A stretch of DNA of 64,000 nucleotides, taken from Eledone cirrhosa. Its lineage: Eukaryota. Location of the stretch: contig OZ024742.1 in NCBI GenBank assembly GCA_964016885.1, positions 257,610,001-257,674,000 on the forward strand, read 5' to 3'. Position numbers and translations under genes: made by a program. The notes below the pieces were generated by a model, which made no database searches, was not told the origin of the DNA, and was given only the letters and a program-made list of their open reading frames with translations. Shown here in pieces: positions 51,621 to 64,000 of this stretch (its first letter is position 1; each line of letters begins with the position of its first letter).

Positions 51621-52449
51621 TCGAATACGACAGAAGTACATTCAATACTTCCATATACTAAAACTACTCTTATTTCTGATAACAATTGTAAAGTGTAATT
51701 TGTTTTACCTAGGAAACCGTTGAAATAAAAGTATGATGTCTTCATCTCTACCATGTGGTGTTTTATGAGGCTGTTTACTTCTAAACAAACCGAATAGTAA
51801 TAATTAGTAATAATTATTAAAATTATATTATTAAAACTCCCGAATACAGATAGCTATCCACCACGTTAAGAGTGAAAACAATTTTTTTTCTTAATGAATA
51901 GGTAATTTTGAATCGAGAAGGCTTATTGAAGTACCATCGTATTTAATTATGTATATATTATGATATTATATCAAAATAATAACACTGTATGGGTTGCTCC
52001 ACTTAGAAAGGTGGAACATATCTTCATTTTCTTCAAAAATATGAAATCGAAAATGAATTGGAGTCTTTTTAAAAATATTTATTTGTTTCCTTTACCGGTT
52101 TCGCAGTTCTTGTGATTTTCAAAAGCAGAATTGAGATGGAGGGTTTGTGTTTTTTCTCGCATCAATTTGGTGTTCGAATGTTACTTCCGTTTGATGTGGA
52201 AAAAAGTGGTTAGATTTTTTAGAAAAGCTATTTGGTTTCGTTGATGGCTGTCACGTGAATAAATATAATAAATTTCGCGCCAGCTCGCGTTACAAAGTTC
52301 TTATTATATTTGCCTTAAAAAAGGGGGGGGGGGGGCTCAGATTGTTTTTTTCATTTATGAGTGAAATTTGGTTGATTGATGCAGTCAACTTTGGTGCCGG
52401 TTTGTGTTTGAATTTCTTTTTATTTAAAAAAAGTAGCTCAAGAAGGTTT

Positions 52450-52815
52450 TTTTTATAAATGTAATTTGATTGGTTATAAATGAAATTATGACTGTCTACG
52501 TGGACAAGTACATTAAATGTCGTGCCCGTATTTGGGAACTTTTTTGTAGCCATTTAGAGAATTGTATGCCAAAGAAAAGATAATGGTCAAGAAAAAAGGA
52601 ATGGGGAGAACTGTTCTGGTTCAGTGAGAATGGCTGAAATGTAATTTAATTAGTTATAAATGACATTAAAACTGTCACGTGAACAAGTACATTAAATTTC
52701 GCGCCCGCATTTGGGATTTTTTTTTGTGTAGCCATTTAGAGAATTTTGTGCCAAACAAAAGATAATGGTCAAGAAAAAAGGGATGGGGGGAATTGTTCTA
52801 CTTCAGTGGTATGGC
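52450..52815. repeat. Diverged ~180-bp tandem duplication
   Basis: caagtacattaaat..gtagccatttagagaatt..gataatggtcaagaaaaaagg occurs twice. Confidence 0.8.
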
Positions 52816-53204
52816 TGATGTGCTTGGGTGTCAAAATTGAGACTTTCTATTGAAATAAAGAAAGTAGAAATGTGTATATTTATTTGTGTGCTGGTGTGTA
52901 TGTGTGTGTGGGGAGAGGGGGATGGGGGTAGGTTAGCATGTTAAAATGAAGAGAATATATATTTTTGCGTGTGTGTGTGTATGTTGGGAAATAATTCCGT
53001 TAGTAGAAATGGGGGAGGGAGTTATGTGTTTGTGGGTGTTTGGTTAGCATATTAAGGTGTATTAACGTATGTTAACGTATTAACGTATGTTAAGGTTTAT
53101 TTAGCTCTGGTTTATATTTTCGAATACAGGTGTTATGTGTATGTGTGTGTGTATGTATGTGTCTGTTTGGATGGCTAGCATGTTATGGTGTATATTAAAC
53201 TATA

Positions 53205-53236
<32 letters not shown>

Positions 53237-53338
53237 GCCCTCGGGGTCCTACTCGTTCCTATTACCCACTCTACTACCTTAAGTATTGAGTACTTTGGTG
53301 CGTTATGGTCCACCTGGTTCCTTACCACATTTCCTCAG

Positions 53339-53431
<93 letters not shown>

Positions 53432-53629
53432 TATATAGATATATATATTAATATATATATATATATATATAGAATAGGTGATTTTTCGTTTTCTATTCTA
53501 TCATACTCTGTAAGAACATAGAGTGCTCAACCGGCGTACCGCCTATGGAAGCATCTTAGCTACCATCAGAGGCACACACACACACACACACATGGATTTT
53601 ATGTGTTATGTTCCTTTGTTATATTTCGA

Positions 53630-53687
53630 ATACCTGATGATATCACCGGATTCATAAGGAACCCGGTCATTGAAATGATCATAGTAT
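53630..53687 (+). ncRNA. Type-I hammerhead ribozyme in a short (TA)n-flanked element (~53470-53735)
   Basis: AUAC CUGAUGA uauc-accgg..ccggu-cauu GAAA ugauca UA GUAU; palindromic stem III. Confidence 0.7.
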
Positions 53688-53727
53688 AATAAACCTTTCA
53701 ATGATTTACACCAGTCCAGCCTCCTGT

Positions 53728-53785
<58 letters not shown>

Positions 53786-54102
53786 CAGAGTTTTTTAGCT
53801 TGCTTGAAGCATTGTTTAATAGGAAACAAACATTTAAATTTTGAAGACCAGCACAATGCGTATGTCAAGATAACAATATAATCTTAGCTTAGCTTAGCAA
53901 TTTTAACGAACCAAAATATTTTCTGGTTTAAAAACCCGTTATCAAGGGAGTAACCTATAAGAAACTTAGAAATTGATCGGATAAACTTACTTGTATGAGA
54001 GCAGAATGGATATTTGTATGTAAAATGTAAACAGAAATGAACAACACAATCGATATATGGAAGTAATATATTAGGTTAATGTTTGAAATAGCAGGAAGAG
54101 GG

Positions 54103-54138
54103 TCTTAACGTTTCGCACGTTAGTCCTTCCTCAGAAGA
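54103..54138 (-). ncRNA. Minimal hammerhead (related degenerate copy at 34434-34468 minus)
   Basis: UCUU CUGAGGA aggac-uaac-gugc GAAA cg UU AAGA. Confidence 0.55.
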
Positions 54139-55739
54139 AAGAATAAGAAATTAGAGAAATTGAAGGGACGGGCGGGGCCGAATTGGAAAAAAATGTACTT
54201 TATAGAAAAATAACAGGTCAATACATGTTGTCATGTCTTGGAAAATTGTTGATGCTGGCGTTTTGTGTATGATATACTTTTTTTTAGAAAAGTTGATGGT
54301 GGAGCCTGTCTTTGACTGCGTGGGAAAGTTTGTGTCTGTGGTTGAGTGTCACGGGATTGTGTGCGTGCGTGATTGCGTTTATGCCTAACAATAAAAACGG
54401 GTATGTATATAGAGAGGGAGAGAGAGATAGAGAGAGAGATAGAGGGTGGGGGAGATGTATGTGTCTGTGTGCGTGTGCCTATGTGTATACTTTTTCAATA
54501 AGCATAAACATGAGTGCATAAATATCTTATTAAAATAAATGGTATGTAGCTAAAAAAACATGAAAGGAAAACAAGACACATTTCGCTATGTTTCAGAAAC
54601 ACTATTTTACGAAATATACATATTCATATACATATAAAAGATTGAGGTGGATTGGCAGTATCGGTAGGGCATCAGGTATCATGATTTGCAGCATAAAGTT
54701 ATAACCCTTTACGTTCTGATTTGAAATCCTGCCAAGGTTAACTTTGCCTTTCATCTTCACGGGATCCATAAAATAAAGCACCAATAATGCACTAGGGAGG
54801 TTGGTGGCATTGTGCCAAAAGTAGAAACAATTAGGTCTATAAACGCTAAAATAATAGATTTCACACATATAAATAGCTTTGAAATATTAGATTTTAAAAG
54901 TAAGTAAACAAAAATAAAATTTGAAAAACATTGTTTGGATCGGTACATTTTTATTATGTACTTTGTAATTTTTTTGTTTTGTTTTTTTTTCTCAATTTTA
55001 CGAATGTTGTATAATTAAAAGATATTGACGTAGTTTCAAGAATGGTATTCCTCACTGAATTTTGTATTTAAATTTGTAGGTATCATTTGTAGGCATCATC
55101 ATAGTCGCAAAGCAGCTAATTAGTTAAGAAATTCGCTTCGGAATCTTAAGGAGTTGGTTTAGAATTTCACCGAAACTCAACTTAAGTATGTGTCATTTAA
55201 AAGAAACACTTCAACTTTGCATTTCACATTACATTTTGTATGTCGGAATTGCTTTGGAAGCCTGCAGGATGGACATGCAATTCAAGAGATTAGCTTTGCC
55301 ATACATTATGTGAAGCTGTGTTTCACTGAAAATTGGTTAAGGTTCCACGTGATTGCATATACCCCAAAGATTTAAAGTTGATGGAATAGATGAAGCACTC
55401 ACAGTGGAAACCACCAGCGAGCCATGATATATGCATATGATTCCAGAGACATTAATAACATACACAAATACACACACACATATATTTATATGTGTGTGTG
55501 TGTATATATATATATATATAAATATATATATATGTGTGTGTGTGTGTGTGTATATATATATACTTATATATATATGTAGTTATATATAATATATATATAT
55601 ATTGAGTTTATATTATTTATACTCCAGGCCTATAAACTGTTGAATGCTACCTATCCGATATTTGCATTGCTTTATTTAAAACTCACCTCCTACATATATA
55701 TATATATATATATATATACAGTAAAGTATATATATACGA

Positions 55740-56030
55740 TAAAGTATGTCCATAGAATCATTGGATAAAATATATACATTATTTCCTCTCCCAATCAGCA
55801 TAATCAACCACACAAAAAAACAATTAGACAAGGCTATAAGATAGAAAGGCACCTATGAAGAAATAATAGATAAATAAACGACAGCTATCTATCCGGGATC
55901 AACAGCTATATAATATTTACCCAGGATTTCTAATAGCACGTGGAAATCGATTAAATATATCGTCAACCATACACAATTAGGTATAAAATCAAAGTTAGAA
56001 GAAAAAATGTATATAAACATACCAAAATTA
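55740..56030. repeat. Interspersed repeat fragment, also at 34695-34960
   Basis: aaagtatgtccataga..tcatt.gataaaatatatac.. is shared. Confidence 0.8.
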
Positions 56031-56192
56031 TGTTTCTACCCCATGAGATATCATTCGCTTTTTGGAAATATCCGATAAAGGATAAATTCATGAGTTTAAA
56101 AATCATCAGATATATAGAAGTGATTACGCAACAGTTACTTCACCATAACGAGAACAATTGTTTTACCTTAGCGGATCCTCGGCTCGTAATCC

Positions 56193-56228
56193 GAGCTGAG
56201 GATCCGCAAAGGTGAAACAATTGTTCTC
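56193..56228 (+). ncRNA. Minimal hammerhead inside a ~80-bp palindrome (56150-56228)
   Basis: GAG CUGAGGA u-cc-gcaaa-gg-u GAAA caauug UU CUC. Confidence 0.65.
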
Positions 56229-56327
56229 AGTATGGTGAACTAACTGTTATGTAACCACTTCTACCTAACTCGTCCCATGGACTGAGTGGTCTACCACCAC
56301 CGATATTACTTTCCAGTCTTCTCCCTG

Positions 56328-56467
<140 letters not shown>

Positions 56468-56799
56468 AATAACATCTGTAGAAAATATAGGATGCTTGAA
56501 CGCAGCAAAAACCTGCACGTACAGTGTATACCTGGTACTCATTTTCCTCTAAATACGCTTACCCTCCTATATTATCTATAATATATACATATATATTTAC
56601 ATACAAACACACACACATATACGCGCATATATATGTATATATATATTTATAAATTAACAAATATACAAATAAATTAACGATGGAGATATAAAAGATACAG
56701 GAGCGGAAACAATCCTAAAGCAAATAGTGAGTTTGTTCTGTAATTATTTCTGTAATTGTTTATTAATTAAGATTGAGACTCAAAGAACAATAATAATGT

Positions 56800-57897
56800 T
56801 ATTATTATTGTTCTTTGAGTCTCAGTCATTGATGTTAGTTAACTGGAAAGTTTGTTGAAATGAATATCAAGTCACTACCTGCAGCTTCAGATATTCAGGA
56901 CGTATCGGAGGGTTCTTGCTGTTCCCAGAAAGCATGCCTTTTGAAGCGTTCCAAAAAGCGTGGCGGGGTCAATTTTCTTTAACGATCCCTGGAAACTTTT
57001 TGAGATAGTACCTAGTGCGCCTTTGACAATCGGAACCACTTTGACTTCATGGCAGTTCCAAAATCCTTTTTACCTCCCACTTTAAGACCTGGTATCGGTT
57101 AATGTTCTCCCTCTCCTTCTCTTGCACTCTCGTTTCGAATGGGCAGGCCACATCCACTATCAGGCACGATCTTTTTTCCTTGTCCAAAACCACAAGGTTA
57201 GGTCTATTGTGTTCCAGTTTCTTGTCCGTCTGTATCCTAAAATCCCACAGCACCTTCACCTATTCGTTTTGTATCATCGACTCTGGCTTATGCTCATACC
57301 ACTTCTCAGAATGTGGTAAATTGTTTATTTTGCATAGGTGCCAGTGGATCACCCTGCCCATCACATCATGTCTCCAGCCTTTATAGTGAGTCTGGGCTAG
57401 GTGTTTACACTCGGATACAATGTGAGCCACAGTCTCCTCTCTCTCTCCACAGATCCTGCACAGTGGGCTAGCCTCCTCCTTGTAAATATAGTGTTTCAAC
57501 CACTTCGTTTTGAGGGCCTGCTCCTGCGCAGCCATTAACATTCCTTCTGTAGCCTTTTTAAGGTCTCCTCTTTTCAACCAGTTCCATGTCTGTGGATCTC
57601 TGAATTCAGTTTTCTCAAAGAAGGTACTATGAAGGGATTTTTCATGAAGACTGCTCTTTCTCCTTGTTGTTATTTCCTCCTTTCACATCCCCTGGTCTGT
57701 TGTCCTCTCCTTCAGCACAATTCTGAGCATTGGCTCCTTACTATCAGTCACGTATTTGCGAAGGTTGTTTTTCTCCATCTGAATACAGTCCTCTATGCTG
57801 ATAAGACCTCTTCCACCTTCAGATCTCCTTAAGTACAGTCTATCGACATCATTCCTCTTGTGGAACATGTTGTAGATAGTCAATTGCTTCCTAGTCT
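56800..57897 (-). mobile_element. 5'-truncated R4/Dong-clade LINE (second family) in (TAA)n
   Basis: DRLYLRRSEGGRGL, AAQEQAL, CRICG..ETVAHIVSEC, RHD, VLWDF.IQTD..HNRP; TTA repeats on both sides. Confidence 0.9.
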
Positions 57898-58150
57898 AAA
57901 CACCTAGTTATTATTATTATTATTATTATTATTATTGGCGACCTACGTAGTAAATCGTATCATCGTGAGCTCCACAAAGGTTTGTTAATCTAAGTTGTTT
58001 AAATTTGCCATTTATGGAAAATTGTTATTGTTAAATGTAAATAAGTGCACATACATTGATTTCTGAAAAGGACACTCAAAAATATTGGGGCCTTGAGCCC
58101 AAAATTTAAACTTTTATAATTATCAAACAACAATTTTTCTTTGAAAAATC

Positions 58151-60106
58151 ATGGATGACTCAATGTCACTCCTTCCTCTCAAACTAACACCTCACACCGA
58201 CACCACCATTGTAAATGTTGCTACGTTTGCCAACACTGGAAATGTAAGCAGTAGCAATATGTTTAATTTGTCTCAGGCAGACGTTCATTTCCCGCCATTA
58301 CCAATGACTGCAGGTGTTAAAGCCGCCCCCCCCCACCACCACCACAGCGACAACAGAAACAAAAGAAAAAAATAAATTAACTCGTGATATCGAAATGAAA
58401 TCAACCAAAATGAACTCTTCCACACCGAACACCACTGACGCCACCACCACCACAACTGAAACTAAAATTAACAATAACAAAATTAACGATAACAACAACA
58501 GCAACAATGAAATTAAGAAAACTACCCTGAGTTTTGCCAGAGTAGCAAAAACGTGCGAAGCGATCCAGGTAACTCAGTAGGAATTAGAAGAAGCCAAAGG
58601 AATGGTAAAGAAAGATGGGTACAGGGTCAGTCCCCCCCACACACATACAACTAATAAAATGGAGCATCGTCGCCTATGCACCGTTACTTATGGGACAATT
58701 AACATAAAATCGTGCCGAGTGGAACGGGCATCCGAGTCCCAAATCCAAAAAGCTTTGGGACATGTGTGGGCAAAAAAACCTCACATCAGACGTGGGCAGA
58801 AATATGGAACCGTGGACGTGTTCTTTGAAACACCACAGGAGGCCAGAGAACACTCCATGGCCCCATTAAGAAGTGACGACTTCACACTCGTCCCAAGCTA
58901 TTGTGGCTAGAGACTCGTAAAGATCAGGGTGACCCACGTTCCACCGGCCATCGAAATTCCCTGGCTAATGGCTTACGTCCTCGCCGGCATCGGGGCCAAC
59001 ACCAAGATAATTGAAATAGCGAAAGAAAAGCAGGAGAACTGGTCCGGATCTGGGATGGAGCTCCTGATCCAAGCGGACCATAAAAGCATTGAGAAGATCC
59101 CAGAGGTAATAGACCTCACTGACGGCAGCCACCCCACCGTAATCGTCGAGGGCAGAAGGCCTAGGTGTGACGTTTGTGGTGAAGGAACCCACCTAATGGC
59201 TTTCTGCCCTCAGGCTAAAAGGTTAGGGCCAACTCTCTTACCCACCCCAGTGACTCAACCATCAACACCACCAGCAGCAGAAATGGCAGCAACAACTGTA
59301 GCAGCAACAACTGTGGCAGCAACAACTGTAGCAGCAACAACAAAAGCAACTGTAACAGCAACAACCCCAGCAACAGTAGCAAAACCAACACCACCACCAC
59401 CCAACGCGCCAGAACTAGCACCAGCGCCTACACCATCCACCACGCCACAACCAAAACCAACGCTTGTGGAGGAATTTCCACTCCCCGGCTTATAGCAACT
59501 GGAGACAGATTGTGACGACGAGGAGTGGGAAACGGTATCAGGAAAAAATAAAAAAATAAACCAAAAAAGAAAAAAATTCTCTTCCTTCCCCCTCCAAAAA
59601 CAAAATACAGAGGGAAACAAATAAATTATCAAACAAAATAGTTAGGACAGATATGCCACCATGCACACCAGCATCACCAACCCCATCACCACAAACACCA
59701 ACACCACCACCATCATTAACCCCAACACCACCATCACCAACACCACAAAAGCCACCAAAAAGCGTAACAGAAACAAACCCACACCAAACGCAAACAAAAC
59801 AACCAAAACGATTCACACTACACAGCATTAAATTTGAACAAGCAATTATTACACTACATGCAACACAACACCAGCATCACAGAAAAAGACGACACAACAA
59901 TCCAAAAGTTCACACCATCTCCACACATACAAATCACTCGCATCACACAGAAAACGTACACGACACTAAAACAAAAATTCCCCCAAAACATCGGAGACTT
60001 CCGACAAACACTCTCCAGGAGGATTTATAAGGACATCCTTCCGGAGGAGGCCACAAGCAGTGAAAAGGATGGACAAACCATCCTTCTTCTACGAGAAGTA
60101 AGGTAA
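58151..60106 (+). pseudogene. LINE ORF1 (gag-like; zinc knuckle; Pro/Thr-rich tail), interrupted
   Basis: SFARVAK, VIVEGRRPRCDVCGEGTHLMAFCP. Confidence 0.75.
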
Positions 60107-60140
60107 GTGGTCTTTGACATCTTTTCCACTCCATTTCAAC

Positions 60141-63100
60141 ATGACCTCACTCAGAATAGGCAGCATAAATGCGCGTGGCTTGGGGTCGTCATGGAAGAAG
60201 GGCCACCTGCTCAACGACCACAGGTCACTAAACATAAATGTAGTGGCCATCAACGAGACCAGAATCTCCGAAGCACGGGCCTTCGCACCGATCTTCGGCG
60301 GCTGCGATGTGTACGCATCTCCCAGCCGTCCGCGATCGGGTGGAGGAGTTGCTGTGCTTTTTCGGAGAGGTTTGGATCTCGCCATACGTGCCATCTTCCT
60401 GAACGCAGAAGGTAAGTTGGTGGTGCTAGACGTGACCAGCGGAGACGGGCAAGCTTTCAGGCTAGTGGCCGTCTATGACAGGAGCAGGGCGGCCTGATTT
60501 CTTCCGTTGTCTGGAGACCTTTCTTGGAACGTCCCGCTCTTTAGTGTTAGTGGGCGACTGGAACGGGATCTTAGATGCACGCTGGGACTGTGTGGGATTA
60601 GCGGATAAGGGAGGAGGGTGCAAGAGCCTCACCAACCTGCTCAGGCGTTTTGAACTGTCTGACGGGTACTGAGTGGATTTCCCGAATGTGCCAATGTGGA
60701 CTTGGACAAATCGGATAGTGTCATCCAGATCATATTTAGATAGAGTATTTTGTAGAGAAATAGATGGGTTTAGCTTAGGCTGTCTACAATTCAAGATAGT
60801 CAGCTACACGGACCACAAATTTGTGATCTGTGTGCTTGACTTAGATAGGCTTCATAGACGAGGACTCGGCTACTGGAAGCTAAACGCGTCCTTACCAGCG
60901 CGCAAGACCTTCAGAGACCGGATTAGCGAACTAGTTAAGCGGGCGTTGACGGGGGCTATCGTCAACAACAAGTGGTGTTTTGCTCTGAAAAGAGCAATTC
61001 CATTAGAGTCCATTAGGTTTAGTAAGGCTTTATCAATAGAGAAAAATAGAGCAGAAGGAGAATTAGTTAGAAAATTAGACGAGGCGCTTAGAAAAGGCAT
61101 CGCGACCGACGTACTTGCGGCGATATTGGCTCTTGAACAATTCTTCAATGCAAACACGAAACTTGCGTTGTCTGAGCTAGGGTGCGTGCTCTCAGACACG
61201 AGGGGTCGAAAGCCGTTCAATGGGCCCGAGTGGCGGAGGCGAGTCGTGGAATCAAAGCCACGATCCGGTCATTGGTGAACCACGACGGAAGCATGCTACT
61301 CGATCTCGAGCAAACGTGTGAATCTTTTCAGCGACACTTCGCTCAATTGTTCGGGGGCAGCGGCAGGCCGGATAGAGGGATGGACATTAGTGTCTACCTC
61401 GACGGACTGCCGCGGTTCTCGGCCACTGAGGCTGAGTGTTGCGAAAAGCCGATAACAGCCGCTGAAGTACGAGAGGCAATGACTAGCTGCACAAGGGGTA
61501 AATCGCCTGGTTAGGATGGTCTGCCCTATGAACTTGACGTACAGATGCCAGACTTGTTCGGAGGCCTCTTGGCGGACGTCTACTGCAACTGGCAAGAGAA
61601 CGGGAGAATTCCCAGCTCTGTGAACCGAGGAGCTGTGGCGCTGATGAGAAAGGATCCGAACAAGGGGGATAACATAGATCATTTTAGGCCCATAACTCTG
61701 CTAAACACAGAGTTCAAGATTTTGGCGAAGGTGCTAGCAAAGAGGTTGGCGCTTGACGTTGGTGGCCTGGTGGGAGAGGCGCAGACATGCGCCATTCCCG
61801 ACAGATCCATCCACGACAACCTCCACATCATGCGATACATCGTAGAGAGGGTAGCTAGGGAACCTGGCACGGGGAGGGGGTCCTTGATCAATTTAGATCA
61901 GTCGAAAGCTTTCGATAGTGTCGACCATCGTTAACTAGCGGCAGCCTTGAGGGCGGCTGGCTTTGGGCCCGTCTTCAGAGGCTGGATCGCTGCCATGCAC
62001 AGCGACATCTGCTTTGTGGTGAGAGTGAATGGTCACCTTTCGGAACCGTTCAACATCATGCGCTCGGTCCGCCAAGGATGTCCCCTCTCATCCTTCTTGT
62101 ACGTATTGACTCTCGAGCCATTACTGCACAAACTGGAGACGTTGAGGGGCGTCCCGTGCAAACTAGGATGCGGAAGATCCGTGTCAGCATATGCGGACGA
62201 TGTCACCGTAGTGGTGTCGAACGCCAAGCACATCGAGGTGATTGGCACTACACTAAGAGAATACGAAGCGGTTACAGGAGTAATGATCAACCAGGAACAG
62301 TCAGTGGGCCTGCAGCTCGGCACCTGGAGAGACAGGTCCATGCCGTCCAACAGCGTCTTCGGTCGTTTGACGGACGGACCGGTTAAATTGCTCGGGTCTG
62401 GTTCGTTCTGGATCCCTAGACGGACAAAAACTGGGACGAGGTGGCGAGCAGTGTCGCTTCTCTCACCCAGCATGGGCCGAGAGGAAGCTATCTCTGAATT
62501 GTCGAGCGGAGGTGGCTAACGCGTATACCGTGTCCGTCATCTACTACCGCCTGACCGTCGTACCTTGTCCTAAGCCCCGCCTGACTGCGCAGGAGCGTTT
62601 GCTCTTTCGCTTTTTGTGGATGGGACGCGTTCCGATGGTCAAGCTGTCCATCTGCTGTCAACACCCGCTACGAGGAGGGCTGGGAATTCCGTGGCTGATG
62701 ATGCGCAGACACGCGCTCAGGCTACGACATCTCCACCTCTTCCTCGACGGTGATCAGGTGTGGTCGCCGTTTGCTACACGCGTCTTTCCCCCAGCTCGTC
62801 CTGGGTCAAGCGAAGACCGAGTGGGAGCGCTTGGAGACTGGAATGTCTTCAGGCGCTCACAGCCCTCGACCAATTGGGCAATGTGATCGGTGGAAACTCG
62901 ACCTTGGCGTTCTATAGAGGATTAGTGGAGGGGTAGAGCGACAACGTACTTGGGGAAACTCTAGGCGTCGACGAAAATCAACTAGCCAATCTCCTTGGAA
63001 GAACTTTCCGGCCGGGGCCTATGGACAACTTCCAGAAATCCCTGGCCTGGCAGTGCCACCGAGGAGCTTTGCCAGTTCGGGATAAACTCTACAGGCATTG

Positions 63101-63534
63101 AGGTGCTGTCAGCCGGGCATATCCGAGATCGCGCAGGGCGGCGAAACCGTCCTGCACGCACTCGTACAGTGTCCGAGCATTGCTGACTTGTGGTTTTATG
63201 TCGAACACCTGCTGTCACGTGTAGGACGGATCCAGCTATCAGCTGAGTCCATCGTAAGGATTTCCCCGCACTCTTCCTTTAGCCGGGAAGGGCAGGCAGT
63301 TTTCATCTGTCTGCTGGCCATGGCGAAAAGATAGTATGGTGGACACGTTTGAAAGGGCTGAAGACGAGCACTTACCTCTTCGGTGATGCCCAGATTAACT
63401 TTTTCAAATTTCATTTGAAAAGGAAAATCAGGGTAGAGAGGGAAGTGCTCTCTTCCCAGCATTTTGTTGAAAGATGGGTGAGAGACGCAAGTGTGGCCCG
63501 AGTGTATGGGCCTACTATGAGTATGTGTCTTTAA
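60141..63534 (+). pseudogene. LINE ORF2 (APE endonuclease + reverse transcriptase), many stops/frameshifts
   Basis: IGSINARGL, NET, GGGVA, GDWN, YLDR, TDH, YWKLNAS, KSPG, FRPITLLN, DQSKAFD, SVRQGCPLS, SAYADD, GGLG. Confidence 0.92.
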
Positions 63535-64000
63535 ATTAAAGGTGGAAAACTTGGAGAGGGCACTTGCCCGGGTGGTCAGGGTTACAGTGGCCTTTTAATG
63601 GGCTTTCTCCACAAATGTCCTTCGGAAGTCTCACCCCTATTGGTGAATTGTTCAATGTTATTTTTACTACATGCTCTGTTTTTGTTTTTTACACGCAGAA
63701 ATGCCCATTTGTACCGTCCTGTATTGTCCTGCACTGTCCTTAAAGTCTACTTTATGTAAACCCTTGTGGTTAATAAAGAAATCATTATTATCATTATTAT
63801 TATTATTTTTTTTCAGCTGCATTTATCTTGCTTTATGTTCATACGAGTTATCACCAAGTCACAACCAGTGACCTCACGAGACAACAAGGTCCGCCATGTT
63901 CAAGAAAGAACATACATACTCACACATGCATCGTTAGTGTTTAGACTTGTGATGTACTTATATTGACAGAATATTCCTTAGTATATGGGCATTTCCCATT

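Larger units (their letters stand above)
57936..63782 (+). mobile_element. Full-length but disrupted Tx1/L1-clade LINE inserted in (TTA)n
   Basis: ORF1 with CCHC knuckle; ORF2 APE endonuclease + RT; AATAAA near 63772; (TTA)n at both junctions. Confidence 0.92.

Overview
Eukaryotic, AT-rich, repeat-saturated DNA with no supportable host gene. The (TA)n/(CATA)n microsatellites and the SINE/LINE/Penelope mix suggest a cephalopod (octopus-like) genome, which is inference. Contents: several Penelope-like elements (PLEs), one near full length (RT + GIY-YIG, 15227-17357), and many inverted pseudo-LTR pairs; R4/Dong-type and Tx1/L1-type LINE relics sitting in microsatellites; RTE 3' ends; a Chapaev3-like DNA transposon; non-autonomous Helitrons; tRNA-derived SINEs; two tandem arrays (616 bp, 465 bp); and a 200-N gap. 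The main signal is RNA. Every monomer of the ~10-copy 465-bp array (8560-13325) carries an invariant minimal type-I hammerhead ribozyme (HHR) on the minus strand plus an octamer motif, i.e. a candidate retrozyme / ribozyme satellite predicted to yield ~465-nt, possibly circular, RNAs. A diverged sibling at 55-498 shows compensatory stem changes. By eye I count about 33 HHR-like motifs from about a dozen repeat families, several with non-canonical cores (U3-A8, U4A, U4C). All folds were read by eye and none was computed or tested.
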